DNA of 64,000 nucleotides from the human T2T-CHM13v2.0 reference genome, Homo sapiens. The notes beneath the pieces were generated by a model. The model ran no database searches and was not told the origin of the DNA. It saw nothing but the letters and a program-made list of their open reading frames with translations. The stretch spans positions 28,992,001 to 29,056,000 of the forward strand of contig CP068257.2 in NCBI GenBank assembly GCA_009914755.4, read 5' to 3'. Within the stretch, counting starts at the first letter, position 1; every line of letters begins with the position of its first letter. Below, piece after piece: positions 29,950 to 42,946 of the stretch. The position numbers and the translations under genes were made by a program.

Positions 29950-31900
29950 TATGGAACTCTGAAAATCTATCCTAAAAAAAATTAAGACATTTTTATATAA
30001 TCATAAACTGAAAGAATCTATAGTTAGCATACCTTCTCTACCAAAAACAAAAACAGAAAAAGACTAAAGAGAGTACTTTAGGCTGCAATAAAAGGACACT
30101 AGATAGTAACTCAAATTCGTATGAAGAAATGAAGAGCACGAGTAAAGGTGACTACACAGGCAAATTAAAAGGCAGTAAAAATGTAAGAGAAATTAGAAAT
30201 ACTTTGATATGAATGAAAACTAAAACACAAAATACCAAAACTTTTGACATGCAGCTAAAACAGTACATAGAGGAAAAGTTATATGTATATAAATACCTAT
30301 ACTTTAAAAATAAAGATATTAAATCAATAATCTAACATTCTAACTTAAGAAAGTAGAAAAGACAACAAGAACTAAATCCACAACTAGCATAAAAAAGGAA
30401 ATCATTATTCGAGTGGAAATAAGTGGAGGACAGTAAATTAATAGAGAAAATCAACAAAACCAAAGTTGATTGTTTCAAAAAAATCAACAAAATGGACAAA
30501 CTTTCAGCTAGACAAACCAAGAAAAAAAAGATTCGAATTACTGAAATAAAAAGTTATTAAGATTGCACATGAAGGGAACGTCACTGACTTACAGAAATAA
30601 AAGGGATTATAAGGGAATATCATAAACAACTTTACATCAACAAATTATATAACTCGTATAAAATAGCTCAATCCCTTGATTGACACAAACTACTGAAATT
30701 AAGTCAAGGAGAAATAGAAATTTGTTTTGATGTATAATAGGTAAATAGATTTAATTAGAAATTTTAAAATTTCCCCCCAAAAAAGCCCAGACTCAGATGG
30801 CTTCACTGTTGAATTCTACCAAATATTTACAGAAGCATTAGCATCAATCTACACAAACTCTTCCAAAAGTTAGAAGACAGAACATTTCCCAGCTCATTCC
30901 ATGAGTCTAGTATAACTCTAATACCAAGACTGGGCAAAAACAGTAGAAAAAAAAGAAACCTAAGACTAATAAGTCTCATGAACTTAGACGAAAAACGGGT
31001 CAACAAATACTAGCAATCCAATTCCACCAATAATATATAAATAACATTTTACACTGTGAACTTTACACAAGTGGGATTTATCACATAAATCTGAGGTTGA
31101 TTCAACAAATAAAATCAAAGAATGTAATACAGCATGTAAATAGGACAAAGGGCAAAAAAAAAAAAAACCCATATGATCATCTCAATAGATGCATAAAAAA
31201 CTCTTGGCAAAAATTCAACACACTTTCATAATAAATTACATTCAACCAAAAAGAAATGGAAGAAAACTTTACAACTTGGCCGGGCGCGGTGGCTCACAGC
31301 TCTCAGTGGAGCTGAGATCGCGCCACTGCACTCCAGTCTGGGCGACAGAGCGAGACTCAAAATCAAAAAAAAAAAAAAAAGAAAAAAGAAAACTTTACAA
31401 CTTGATAATGAGTAGCTATAAAATACCCCACAGCTAACATCAAAGTTAATGTTAAAGCTTTCCCTGTAAGGTCAGGAATAAGATAAAGATGTTCAATTTT
31501 GCCACTTCTATTCAACAAACTACTAGAGATCATAACAAGGGCAATTAGACATAAAACTAAATACAAAGGCACCCAAATTTGGAAAAAAGAGAACTGTCTC
31601 TATTTGTATTAGACATTCTCTTTTATGCAGAAAATTCTAAGAAATATACATACACACACAATTAGAACTGATAAATGAATTCAGTAACATTGCAGGACAC
31701 AAGACAAATACATAAAAATTAATTATTTCTACATACTTTCAGTCAACAATTTGAAAATGAAATTAAGTAAACTGCAATAGCACAAAAAAAGAGTAACATA
31801 CAGATTTTCTTTTTAAAAAAAAGAGTGTAAGACTCACACACTGCGAACTACAAAATATTGCTGAAAGAAATTACAGAAGATTTGTATCATTTATTTGGGT
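29950..31900 (+). mobile_element. Ancient L1M, end of ORF1 into ORF2, sense
   Basis: The translation resembles L1 [29 protein letters not shown]... and HMIISIDAEKAFDKIQH..KTLNKL. It is interrupted by the deleted Alu at 31279-31397. Confidence 0.5.
31279..31397 (+). mobile_element. Internally deleted Alu (about 115 bp) with a perfect 17-bp target-site duplication
   Basis: ggccgggcgcggtggctcacagctctcagtggagctgagatcgcgccactgcactccagtctgggcgacagagcgagactcaaaatcaaaaaaaaaaaaaaaa is flanked by gaaaactttacaacttg on both sides, at 31262-31278 and 31398-31414. Confidence 0.75.
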
Positions 31901-32169
31901 TGGTAATATTAAAAATCCTCTCTTCTAGGTATCTGAAAAAAATACAATAAATTATTGTTTACTATAGTCTCCCGACAGTGCTATAAAACACTAGAACTTA
32001 TTCTTCCTATTTAGCTGTAACTTCGTATTCACCAACCAATCTCTTCCTATCCCTCCTTCTCAGTCTCTAGTAACCACTATTCTACTCCTTACTTCTACTA
32101 GATCAAATTCTTCAACTCCCACGTATAAGTGAGAACATGCAGCATTTATCTTTCTGTTCCTTACTTATT

Positions 32170-32945
32170 TCTCATAACATAATGTCCTTCAGGCTCATTG
32201 ATGTTGCTGTGAATGACCGAATTTTATTATTTTTATGGCTAAATAGTATTTTATTGGGTATATATGTGCCAAATTGTCGTTATCCATACATCTGTTGATG
32301 GACTCTTAGGTTTATTCTATATCTTGGCTATTGTGAATAATGCTGCAATAAACATGGAAGTGCACACATCTCTTCAACCTACTGGTTCCTTTTCTTTGGA
32401 TATATACCCACTAGAGGAATTGCTGGATCATACAGTAGTTCTACTTTTAGCTTTTTGAAGAACCTCTGTACTGTTTTACATAATGACTCTAACAATTTAC
32501 ATTCCCATCAGCAGTATATGAGTTTCCTTTTCTTCACATCCTCACCAGCATTTTTTTAAATCATTTTAATAATAGGGAAAGATGACCATCAGGATTGAGG
32601 TGATGGATATGATAATTACCCAGATTTGATTATTACATGTTGCATGCGTTGATCAAAATATCACACTGTATACCGTAAATATGTACAATTATTACATCTC
32701 AACTAAATATATACATTAAAAATATGGAAGATCTAAATAAATACAAAAATTCCATGTCATGAAGTGGAAGAAAATATTGTTAAAATGGCAATACTTCTCA
32801 AATTGATCTGCAGATTTAACACAATCTCTATCAAAATTCCAGATGTGCATATTATAGAAATTCACAAATTGAATATAAAATTTACATGGAATTGAAAGGT
32901 ACCTGGCATAGCAAAAATAAAAATAAAACTTCAAAAGAAGTTGAA
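32170..32945. mobile_element. Mosaic of old L1 (L1M/L1PB) 3'-region fragments in both orientations
   Basis: 32170-32570 is an antisense L1 ORF2-end/3' UTR-like sequence (ttttatggctaaatagtattttattgggtatatatgtgcc...). 32600-32945 has sense L1-like strings (attacccagatttgattattacatgttgcatgc; ttctcaaattgatctgcagatttaacacaatc). Confidence 0.4.
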
Positions 32946-32947
32946 GT

Positions 32948-33685
32948 CTTGCTATTGTGAATAGTGCTGCAATAAACATACGTGTGCATGTGTCTTTATA
33001 GCAGCATGATTTATAATCCTGCGGGTATATACCCAGTACTGGGATGGCTGGGTCAAATGGTATTTCTAGTTCTAGATCTTTGAGGAATTGCCACACTGTC
33101 TTCCACAATGGTTGAACTAGTTTACAGTCCCATCAACGGTGTAAAGGTGTTCCTATTTCTCCACATCCTCTCCAGCACCTGTTGTTTCCTTTTTAATGAT
33201 TGCCATTCTAACTGGTGTGAGATGGTATCTCATTGTGGTTTTGATTTGCATTTCTCTGATGGCCAGTGATGATGAGCATTTTTTCATGTGTCTGTTGGCT
33301 GCATAAATGTCTTCTTTTGAGAAGTGTCTGTTCATATCCTTTGCCCACTTGTTGATGGGGTTGTTTTTTTCTTGTAAATTTGTTTGAGTTCTTTGTAGAT
33401 TCTGGATATTAGCCCTTTGTCAGATGAGTAGATTGCAAAAATTTTCTCCCGTTCTATAGGTTGCCTGTTCACTCTGATGATAGATTCTTTTTCTGTGCAG
33501 AAGCTCTTTAGTTTAATTAGATCCCATTTGTCAATTTTGGCTTTTGTTGCCATTGCTTTTGGTGTTTTAGACGTGAAGTCCTTGCCCATGCCTATGTCCT
33601 GAATGGTATTGCCTAGGTTTTCTTCTAGGGTTTTTATGATTTTAGGTCTAACATTTAAGTCTTTAATCCATCTTGAATTAATTTC
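32948..33685 (-). mobile_element. Inverted 5' segment of a twin-primed L1PA insertion, antisense ORF2 C-terminus
   Basis: The minus-strand ORFs at 33153-33335 and 33332-33700 are L1 ORF2, for example [11 protein letters not shown]...[21 protein letters not shown] and [32 protein letters not shown]. The segment runs from ..INSRWI.. to ..FTIAK in L1 coordinates. Confidence 0.85.
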
Positions 33686-34112
33686 CCAAATGTCCATCAA
33701 TGATAGACTGGATTAAGAAAATGTGGCACATATACACCTTGGAATACTATGCAGTCATAAAAAAGGATGAGTTCATGTCTTTTGTAGGGACATAGATGAA
33801 GCTGGAAACTATCATTCTTAGCAAACTATAGCAAGGACAAAAAACCTAACACCACATGTTCTCACTCAGAGGTGGGAACAGAACAATGAGAACACTTGGA
33901 CACAGGCAGGGGAACATCACACACCAGGGCCTGTTGAGGGGTGGGGGGAGGGGGGAGGGATAGCACGAGGAGATATACCTAATGTAAATGACAACTTTAT
34001 GAGTGCAGCACACCAACATGGCACATGTGTACATACGTAACAAACCTGCACATTGTGCACATGTACCCTAGAACTTAAAGTATAATAAAAAAATAAAATA
34101 AAAAAATAAAAG
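33686..34112 (+). mobile_element. Direct 3' segment of the same L1PA insertion, sense: ORF2 end, 3' UTR and poly-A
   Basis: ccaaatgtccatcaatgatagactggattaagaaaatgtggcacatatacacc...gtaccctagaacttaaagtataataaaaaaataaaataaaaaaataaaag. A roughly 16-bp target-site duplication AAAAGAAGTTRAAGT flanks the whole composite at 32932-32947 and 34110-34126. Confidence 0.85.
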
Positions 34113-34448
34113 AAGTTAAAGTACTTATACTTCCTTATTCAAAGACTTACCACAAAGCCCCATTAACTATGTGATACTGACATAAGGATAGACATATCAA
34201 TCAGTGGAATAAGGGAAAGTGCCCAGAAACAAACCCTTACATTTATTATCAATTGATTTTTGACAAGAGTGTCAGGACCAATCAATGGGAAAGAATAGGC
34301 TTTTCAACAAATGGTGCTGAAACAACTGGGTAATCATATGCAAATAGGTGGAGTTGGTGTCTATCTCACATCTCACGCCATATGCAAGAATTAACTCAAA
34401 TTTTACCAAAAACCTAAATGTTAGAGCTAAAGTTATAAAACTCCTTAT

Positions 34449-34802
34449 ATTAGTTGTTCTCACACTGCTAATAAAGACATACTCAAGACTGGGTAATTTA
34501 TAAAGCAAAGAGATTTAATGGACTCACAATTCCATACAGCTGGGGAAGCCTCACAACCATGGCCAAAGGCAAAGGAGGAGCAAAGTGAAGTCTTACATGG
34601 TGGCAGGCGAGAGACAGAGAGCATTTGCAGGGGAAGCCCACCTTTTAAAACCATTAGATCTCATGAGACTTATTCACTATCATGAGAACAGCATGGGAAA
34701 AACCTGCCCTCATGATTCAGTTACCTCCCACCACATCCCTCCCACAACATGTGGAGCTACAATTTGAAATTTCGGTGTGGACACAGCCAAACCATATCAT
34801 TC
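34449..34802 (-). mobile_element. MaLR LTR (THE1/MST type), antisense
   Basis: ttgttctcacactgctaataaagacatactcaagactgggtaatttataaagc...cagccaaaccatatcattc. Confidence 0.65.
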
Positions 34803-35831
34803 TTTAAAGAAAACACAGGTGTAAATGTTGATGGCCTGGGAGTTGCCAGTCATTCCTTAGATAGGACAGCAAAGGTACAAGCCACAAAATAAAAAGTAAA
34901 TAAATTGCACTTTATTAAAATTAAAAGCTTTTCTGCTTTAAAGGACCCTATCAACAGAGGGAAAAACAAACAATAGTAAGGTTCCAGAAAGTATCTGCCT
35001 TTCATATATTCTATAAGGAATTTGTAATATAAAATACTCTTACAACTCAAAAATGAACAATATTAAATAGTAGACAAAGGATTTGAACAGACAGTTATTC
35101 AAAGAAGATCTTCACATGGTTAATAAACACATTTAAAAAGCTGCACAACATTATTAGCCCTTAATGAAATACAAATCAAAATCACAATGAGAAAACACTT
35201 CGCATCCAGTAGGACGTGTATAATCAAAATGACAAAGAATAACAAGTATTGGCAAGGATGTGGAGAAATTCAAGGCTTATACATTATTGGTGGGAATAAA
35301 GAATGGTAAAACCACTTAGAGAAACAGTTTGACTGCTCCTCAAAAAATTAACTAAAGAGTTTCCATATGACCCACGATTCCACTCTTAAAGACTTTCACC
35401 CAAAAGAATTGTAAACATATGTCCACACAAAATATTACGTATGAATGTTTGCAGCAGCTTTATTTATAATAGCCAAAAGTAGAAATCATCCAAATGTCCA
35501 TCAATTCATAAATGGATAAACAAAAGTGACAAATTCATATAAGGGAATATTATTAAACCACAAAAAATAATGAAGTACCGATATGTGCTACCATGTGGAT
35601 GAGCAGCAAAAACATGCTAAGTTAAGGAAGCAAGATATAAAATGCCACCTGTTACACAGTTCCATTGCTATGAAATGTCCAAATACTTAGAGACAGAAAA
35701 TAAATTTGTAATGACTAAGGACTGGAGGAAAGTGGGAGTGCAGCATGACTGCTAACAAGTACAGGGTTTCTTTGGCAACTGATGAAAATATTTTAATATT
35801 AGATAGTGGTTATGTTTTAACACCCCTGCAT

Positions 35832-36222
35832 GTATTAGTCCATTTTCACACAGCTATAAAGAACTATCTGAGACTGGGTAATTTATGAAGAAAAGAGGTT
35901 TAATGGACTCACAGTTCTGTAGGCTGTACAGGAAGCATACTTGGGAGGCCTCAGGAAACTTATAATCGTGGTGGAAGGAAAAGGGTAAGCAAGCACATCT
36001 TTACTATGGCAGATCAGGAGAGAGAAAGAGCAAAGGGGGAAGTGCCACACACTTTTAAACCAACAGATCGTGGGAGAACTCATTCACTATTGTGGGAAAA
36101 GCAAAGGGGGTGCTCGCCTCCATGATTCCATCACCTCCCACTAGGCCACTCCTCTGCCACGTGGGGATTACAATTTGACTTGAGATTTAAGTAGGGACAC
36201 AGAGTCAAACCGTATCACTGGA
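35832..36222 (-). mobile_element. MaLR LTR (THE1/MST type), antisense
   Basis: tgtattagtccattttcacacagctataaagaactatctgagactgggtaatttatgaag...gtcaaaccgtatcactgg. Confidence 0.65.
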
Positions 36223-39200
36223 TATACTAAAATTCACATATAAAGCGCACTGAATTGTGCACTTTAAAAGGCTGAATTTGATGGTGTGTGAATCATTTCA
36301 AGTTTTTAAAGCAATACCATGGGTAAGTTTGAAAAACAGGAAAAACACCGGACAGAAGATATAATTTTTTGGAGGAATCAGTGGATGATAAAAAGTTGAT
36401 AAATATGTCACTTTTTTGTAATATCCCTATTTATTTGAGGGACGATTTTGCCCCCCCGGGGGCATTTGACAATGTCTGAAGACATGCTCAGTTGAAGCAA
36501 CTTGAGGGTGTTACTGGTATCTAATGGGAAAAGGCAAGAAATGCTGTCCTACATTTTACAATACACAGGACAGCCTCCCCAACAACAAAGAATTATCTAA
36601 CTTGCCATGCCTATAGTGCTGAGGTTGAGAAACTGTGACCAAGATATAGTGATTTGTACATACTTAAAATTCACCTAAATTTCTGTATTGTAAAATAGAA
36701 TTTACTTGATGATGTTAATATAAACAGCAGGGTCCAGAGAAAATTTAGAATAGTTTATTCACTAGCTAGTAAGTCTCATGGAGGAGAATGACAAGAACAC
36801 TGCTTATACTAATTTAGCTAAATTATTTGTAGGCCATAGGAGTATATATTACACATATAGAAGTCACTTTCCTCCCTCTATGTGAGTTGTGCTAGACATG
36901 CTCCCTGTACCTCCAGAGATCCACCCTTTCCCCTTTCCTCCTTACATAATGTGTCTGGAAAGTCACCTTCACCCATCTTATCAAGGCCCCCTTGCTCTCT
37001 GGTTTCCCATTATGTTCAATTAATTGGAAAGACCAGCAGGAGAACTGGAGAGTCTGAGTACTTATGTCCCTGGTTCTCTCTCTGCAAGGACTCTGTTAGT
37101 TGGTGGTTGCATTTCTCTACCTAAGGAAACAGCATTTGGGGTGTCCACTCATCTTCACTGACAGATCTCACTAGATTCTGGAGACCACTCCCTTCCCTTG
37201 GAACCTCAGACATAGGCATGGTGGAGACTTCCTACAGTTCCTAGCCCTGAGTGCTTAATCATAGTTTATGGGTTTCTGCTGTGATCTGAATATGTGTCCT
37301 CCAAAATTCATATATTAAAATTTAATTGACAATGTGATCATCTTAAGAGGTGGGGCCTTTCAGAGGTGATTAGCTCATGAGGGCTTCATTTTTGTGAACC
37401 AGATTAATGCTCTTATTTTTAAAAAACAAGAGCAGGTCACACAGAGTTTGTCCATTTTTGCCCTTCCACCGTCCACCATATGTCAAGCCAAACACTGAAT
37501 TTGCTGGTGCATTGACCTTGGACTTTCCAGCCTCCAGAAACATGGAAGATAAATTGCTATTGTTTATAAATTACCCAGTTTGTGGTATGTTCTTATAGCA
37601 GCAGGTTTAGACCAAGACAGTTTCCTTAGATAGCCACCCTCCACCCCCCGGAAAAAAATTTGTATACAGTTATCTTTACAAAACTCTCTTCAAATGTCCC
37701 CTTTGAGCACATCATCTCCTCCTGGCCAAGCTTTTGAGTGACATAGTAAAGCTTGTTTTTAATGATCCCACTATCTTTTTAAATTAATAATCCTATAGCC
37801 AGGACTGTGGTAGAATGTATTTTTCCAAAAGTGACTATGGCACCCCTATACCCAATGAGTATTCAAGTACCATGCCACCCTGAAATTTATACCTAAGCTT
37901 TGGCTGACTTTTGTTTAAGTCTTATAATTTCAAATCTTTATTTACAAGGTTTGGTTCTTTGTATATTACTCTGCAAAGTCTGTGTAACATCAACACTACA
38001 GGATATGCCACTGTTAAAGGTACATAGTTAATACTAGATTAATGCTTACAAGTTGATTCTTTAAAATTATTTGAGCTTATTTTTCTGGTAAAAGATAAAT
38101 CTCTTTAGAAAAATACATAATCCAATTAAATGGTATTAAAAATCAATGAAAACAAAGAAGATACAATTACCAATAATATCTTAGATTCTAATGGCTATTA
38201 TTTTCAAATTGTACCACATTTTCCTAAATATCTTCCCATGAATGCCTAATTAGGATTATTTTTGCTTACAAGTTATTTTTAAATTATTTTTCTTTGTGTC
38301 ATTTGTTTTATTGTTTTATTTATAATAAACTTTGTTATTTTTAGAATAACTTTAGGCTTATAGAAAACTTGCGAAGACAGTGTGGAGGTTCCTCAAATAT
38401 CTCACACCCTATTTCTTTTATTACCAACATCATCATAGTGGGTTGAATAGTGGCCCCAGAAAGATCCGTCCAAATCCTAATCTGTGGTACCTGTGTAAGT
38501 GATGTTATTTAGAAAGAAGATCTTTGCAGATGTAATTGTTAAGGATTTTAAGACAAGATCTTCCTGGATCTAGGGTGAGCCCTAAATCCACAGACACTTT
38601 TTCAACAGCCTCAACTAATAGAATGAGGCAAAACTGCCACTATAGGACTTCCAAGGCGAAGTCAGAAAAAGCAGTGTTGCTCATGCCTGCTGTCTCTCAG
38701 GATGCTCCTTTTTAGAATTCAGCCATCTCACACTGTGAGGAAGCCAGGCAGTAACTGAGACACCACGGGTCAGTGTTCCTGCTGACCACTGTAGTCTCAG
38801 CCCACAGCTTGCATCAACCACCATACATTCGGGTGAATGAATCCTCAGATAACTCCAAATCCAAGAGACTTTAAGCTACTCAAGCTGATTCCTACTGGAG
38901 TGAAGATGAGCTGTCACAGCTGAGCCAAATAAAGAATTGTTGTTCTTTATGCCAGTGAGTATGTGCTGGCTTGTCATGTAGCAAAACAAAATTGGAAAGA
39001 GCACGTAATGTGTCTCTGTGCTAAGTACAAAAAGACCCCTTTCTCCAGGCTGATATAGTTTCATAGCTTGGCAAATGAAGTAGGGTCATTTCAAGCCCCA
39101 CTCACACCCTTGAATGGGTACCTTGATGAAGACACAACCTGCCCACTATACTAAGAGGTGACGCATGTAACACACCAAATGTAAACAGGTCTTGTTCAAA

Positions 39201-41904
39201 AAAGCCCGTTCGGGTTGCTCCTTGACTTATATTTTCTACCCAGTCACAGGGATCTCACCAGTAACTGGGTCTACCTGATTACGTTTCTCATATGGATCTC
39301 TTTCCAGAGAGCATTATACAAAGAGATAAAACAATTAATGGAAGTTTAAAAACACAATATAATCAGTTATATTCAATTCACTGATTTGTTATTTTAAATA
39401 CAAACATAATATAAATATAACAAAATCTTGATCTATGGCGGTATGGATCTGTTGTTAGCTTCTGGCGCCATATTCCGAAAATGCAGTGGATATTTAGACC
39501 AGTTAAAATTAGTAAAAGGGCTACTGTCCTGGTTCTTTATGGATTTATTTCTTGTTTTGAGTGTCTGCTCTTAATCATTCTTCTTGCCTCTTCAAAAACT
39601 CCATGTTCTGTGTTTTAAATCTATTCACATCAGTTCTCATTAAACTGGTCAATTCCTGGTATCATTTCTGACACACTAATGATAGAAATGCTCAGTTTCA
39701 AGCATTTTCTCAGTTTCCAGATGTCATTGATTCACAGGATTTCTATAGCTCTTTACATGGTGATTATTATTATCTTGGATTGCATGACTTTAAGCAACGC
39801 TGAAATGTAAAGGTGATGATTCGGCTCAGAAAAGTTTTTCAAAATTGCCTACTGCATCTGCCTAGGAAAAGCTTTCTCCCCACCTAGTGCTGTGACCACC
39901 AAGACTTTCCAAAGATCAGGATGGGTTTTTCCCCGGCGGGGAAGCTACTTCCACGTGGAATTCATTCTCAGAAATACTTCCCTATCACTCAATTTTTCCC
40001 GTAAGTTCCTTGCAACAACAGCCACCAGTCTTGTTATTACTTTCCTTGTCACGTACTTGAATATTCTCCACCCAGAGGAATTTTTTAATCCATGTATCTA
40101 TGCACTACGTAAGCAATGATAAAATATCCACATAAACTCTGGCAGAGCCTGTCATCTTGTAGACTCATGGGTACTTATCATTTTCCACGGCCCAATGTTG
40201 TTGGCAAACTCAGTATTTTGCAGAGGACTTAACAAAATAAATGCATATGAATCTGTCTTCAATGTGCCCTTATCTTAGAGTATTTCTAATGGGTCTCAGG
40301 CTAACTCACTTTTTTAAGTTTCCGCTTCTTACAGAGAATATTTATTCCCAACATCTCAACTTACAAATGCTGAATTTTATATCTCTTCATAGTTTTTCTG
40401 TACATTTTAAAAATGCAACATGCCTGCATTGTATTGTGTGAAGCTGGAATCATTATTTTTAGGGAACAGTATCTCAACAAAAATAAAATCCAACACTCTC
40501 AACTGAAGAACATTATAATACATCTTAGGATGACTGTTTTAGCTTGATATCATGAGATGGTATTAAGAAGCAGTGTGAGCAGAACTGTATTTGAAATTTA
40601 TCCTCATCTTTTGACTGATTTAAATAAGTTACCTCTGCTTTGAATATAAACGAGTCAGCAGGCATAATTCCTGTGGTTAGCTGAGTTACCCATCCCTAGG
40701 AAGGAACATATTCAGTTTATACATGAATCTGTAGATTCATATGTAGGCTATGGATTTTTCATTTTGAATTATAGGTTACACAAAAATGTATAAAACTCAA
40801 TCTTTTTGTTTTTATGTGGAATCCCAATTTTGCCATAAGGATTCCAGTACCATCTTAACCTTTTGTTACTCATATGTAGCAGAATTAACTATTGTTTTGA
40901 CACAAATTAGTATATGGAATTATACATTAGAGACCTGGAATTTTCCATAGCCACCCTTCGTAGTATAGAAAACTCTCACATTTGGTAATAAAATTTGCAC
41001 ATTGATCCTCGCTCAAAAATCATCTTCATATTCCAAGACTATGCTGAAGCTATTACAAAAACTGCTCTGGGGATCATGGTGGTGAGTACTCTGGCTTAGG
41101 ATGTGGGAGCTTAGAGTATGGGACTTCAGAGGCCAGGCCAAGTCAGTGAGTATGGTTCCAATGAGTGTGGCTGTTGTCACCCATTCTTCTGTGAGAAAAC
41201 AAGTCTTGTGGCTTCTACTGAAAACTTTGATAGCTCAAAGCGATTACCATGAGATTAATCAGCTCAATTTCAAATGATGAGAAATCCTCTTCTTTTCACC
41301 CACCGTTTATAGAACTGGTAATCACCTCTACATCGCTGAGTAACTCTCCACTGCTGGCCACAATTAACATGGGAGTTAGCCTACATCAATCATACTGATC
41401 AGATTCTCTGACATCTGAAACATTTGAACATTTGAATTGCAAATCTCAACATTTTAATTGCAGCTCCTCTTGTCAACTTATTTTTCACTCTAACATCAAC
41501 TATTTTTTCTGCATTCCATGTCTCAGAATGCTTACATTTTCACTTTTTCAATAGAAATGCTTAATCTGCCCTAGGAAATATTGTTCTTATTTGTGTTTAT
41601 TCAGTTCAGTAGGCTTTTGATGTCACAGGTACATTATTTGGAACTCAAACATAAATTTCTCTTCACTTGCAGCTGCAGGTAATTTATCCCCTAAGAATGG
41701 CTGAGTATATGTATGAAAAAGTTGAGTCACCTAATATCTTGTAGCTTCTTATAAAAGAAGAGATGAAATTTGGCTTCTTGTTTACTTTTGCCTTTTTCAT
41801 GAGAAAATGTATTTTCCTCTTATTCTTACATTCAAACACAGCAGATGCACAGGAGATTTTAAAAGCCAGAGATAGTAAACAGGAAGAACAGTCTTGCCTT
41901 AGTT

Positions 41905-42352
41905 TCCCATGGCTGCAGTAACAAAGTACCCAAGCTGGATAGATTTAAACAACAGAGATCTATTTTCTCACAGTTTTAGAAGCCAGAAATCCAGAATCAT
42001 GTTGTTCAAATGGCCATGTTCTTCTGAAGACCCTAAGGGAGAATCTACCCCATCCCTTTCTCCTAGTTTCTGCTGTTGCCAGCAGAATGCTTTGAATTCT
42101 TTGGCTTGTAGACTCATTACTCCAATCTTGCCACCATCGTGATATGGCATTCTCTCTGTGTATCTCTGCATCTCTTCTCTTCTTATAAGGACATCAGTCA
42201 GATTGATTTAGGGCCACCCAGAGTACGACCTCATCTTAACTTGATTGCATCTGCAAAGGCCCTATTTTTCTAAATAAGTCCTATGCACAGTACCAGGGGT
42301 TAGGAACCCAAAATATCTTTTTGGAGAACACAGTTACAACCCACAATAACAC
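41905..42352 (-). mobile_element. MaLR LTR (MLT1/MST-like), antisense
   Basis: tggctgcagtaacaaagtacccaagctgg...ttctcacagttttagaagccagaaatcc...tcttcttataaggacatcagtcagattgatttagggccaccc...cccacaataaca is the reverse complement of MaLR LTR structure. Confidence 0.55.
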
Positions 42353-42946
42353 CCATGGTTATTGAGAGTTTCTCAAAATATTCAACCTCAGAATGAGCGA
42401 AAAGGGCAGATCTCCCCTCGTATATTTGCTTCTGTGAGAATTAGGGACCACTTGTACTATTGACCAAGAATAAGTAAAAACCTTAAGACATCAGGAAAAA
42501 GAAGCACACACTGTATCTGTCTTGGAAAATAACAGTGCTAAGGCATCAAAGTCTACTGATAGGAAAAATTAATGACTATAAGCCTATGAAAAACAAAAAT
42601 ACCAGTTTGGCCAACTGCCTGAGACCAGGGAATTAGGAATCAGGCTGACCTGGCTTCAAGTCCTAGCTCTGCTATTTAGTTATCTGTATAATTCCTAATA
42701 GCTGGTTTTACTAAATTTTCATTTATTTATTGGTAAAGTGGTGATAATATGCCATCTTCACTGAGTTTTTGTGAAAAATAAATAGGTTAGTACCTGTAAG
42801 ATGCTTAGTAGACTGGCTGGCACATAACAGCACTCAGTAAAGATCATATACATCTATGTTTATCTTCCCACAAAGTAATAAGCTAAAGATAATTAAATTA
42901 TCTATTAATCAGAGTTCACAAAAAAAATAATTTTAAATGATCCAGG

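Noticed and set aside
39892-40119. 75-aa ORF ending ...LHPEEFFNPCIYALRKQ*, reminiscent of the class-A GPCR / olfactory-receptor TM7 NPxxY-LR(N)K tail
   Set aside because: Upstream sequence has stops in all frames and no TM3 (DRY/MAYDRYVAIC-like), TM6 or other 7TM motifs. The rest of the ORF is not hydrophobic-helix-like. The locus context is a KRTAP cluster, not an OR or GPCR cluster. It is most likely a chance match of a 10-residue motif.
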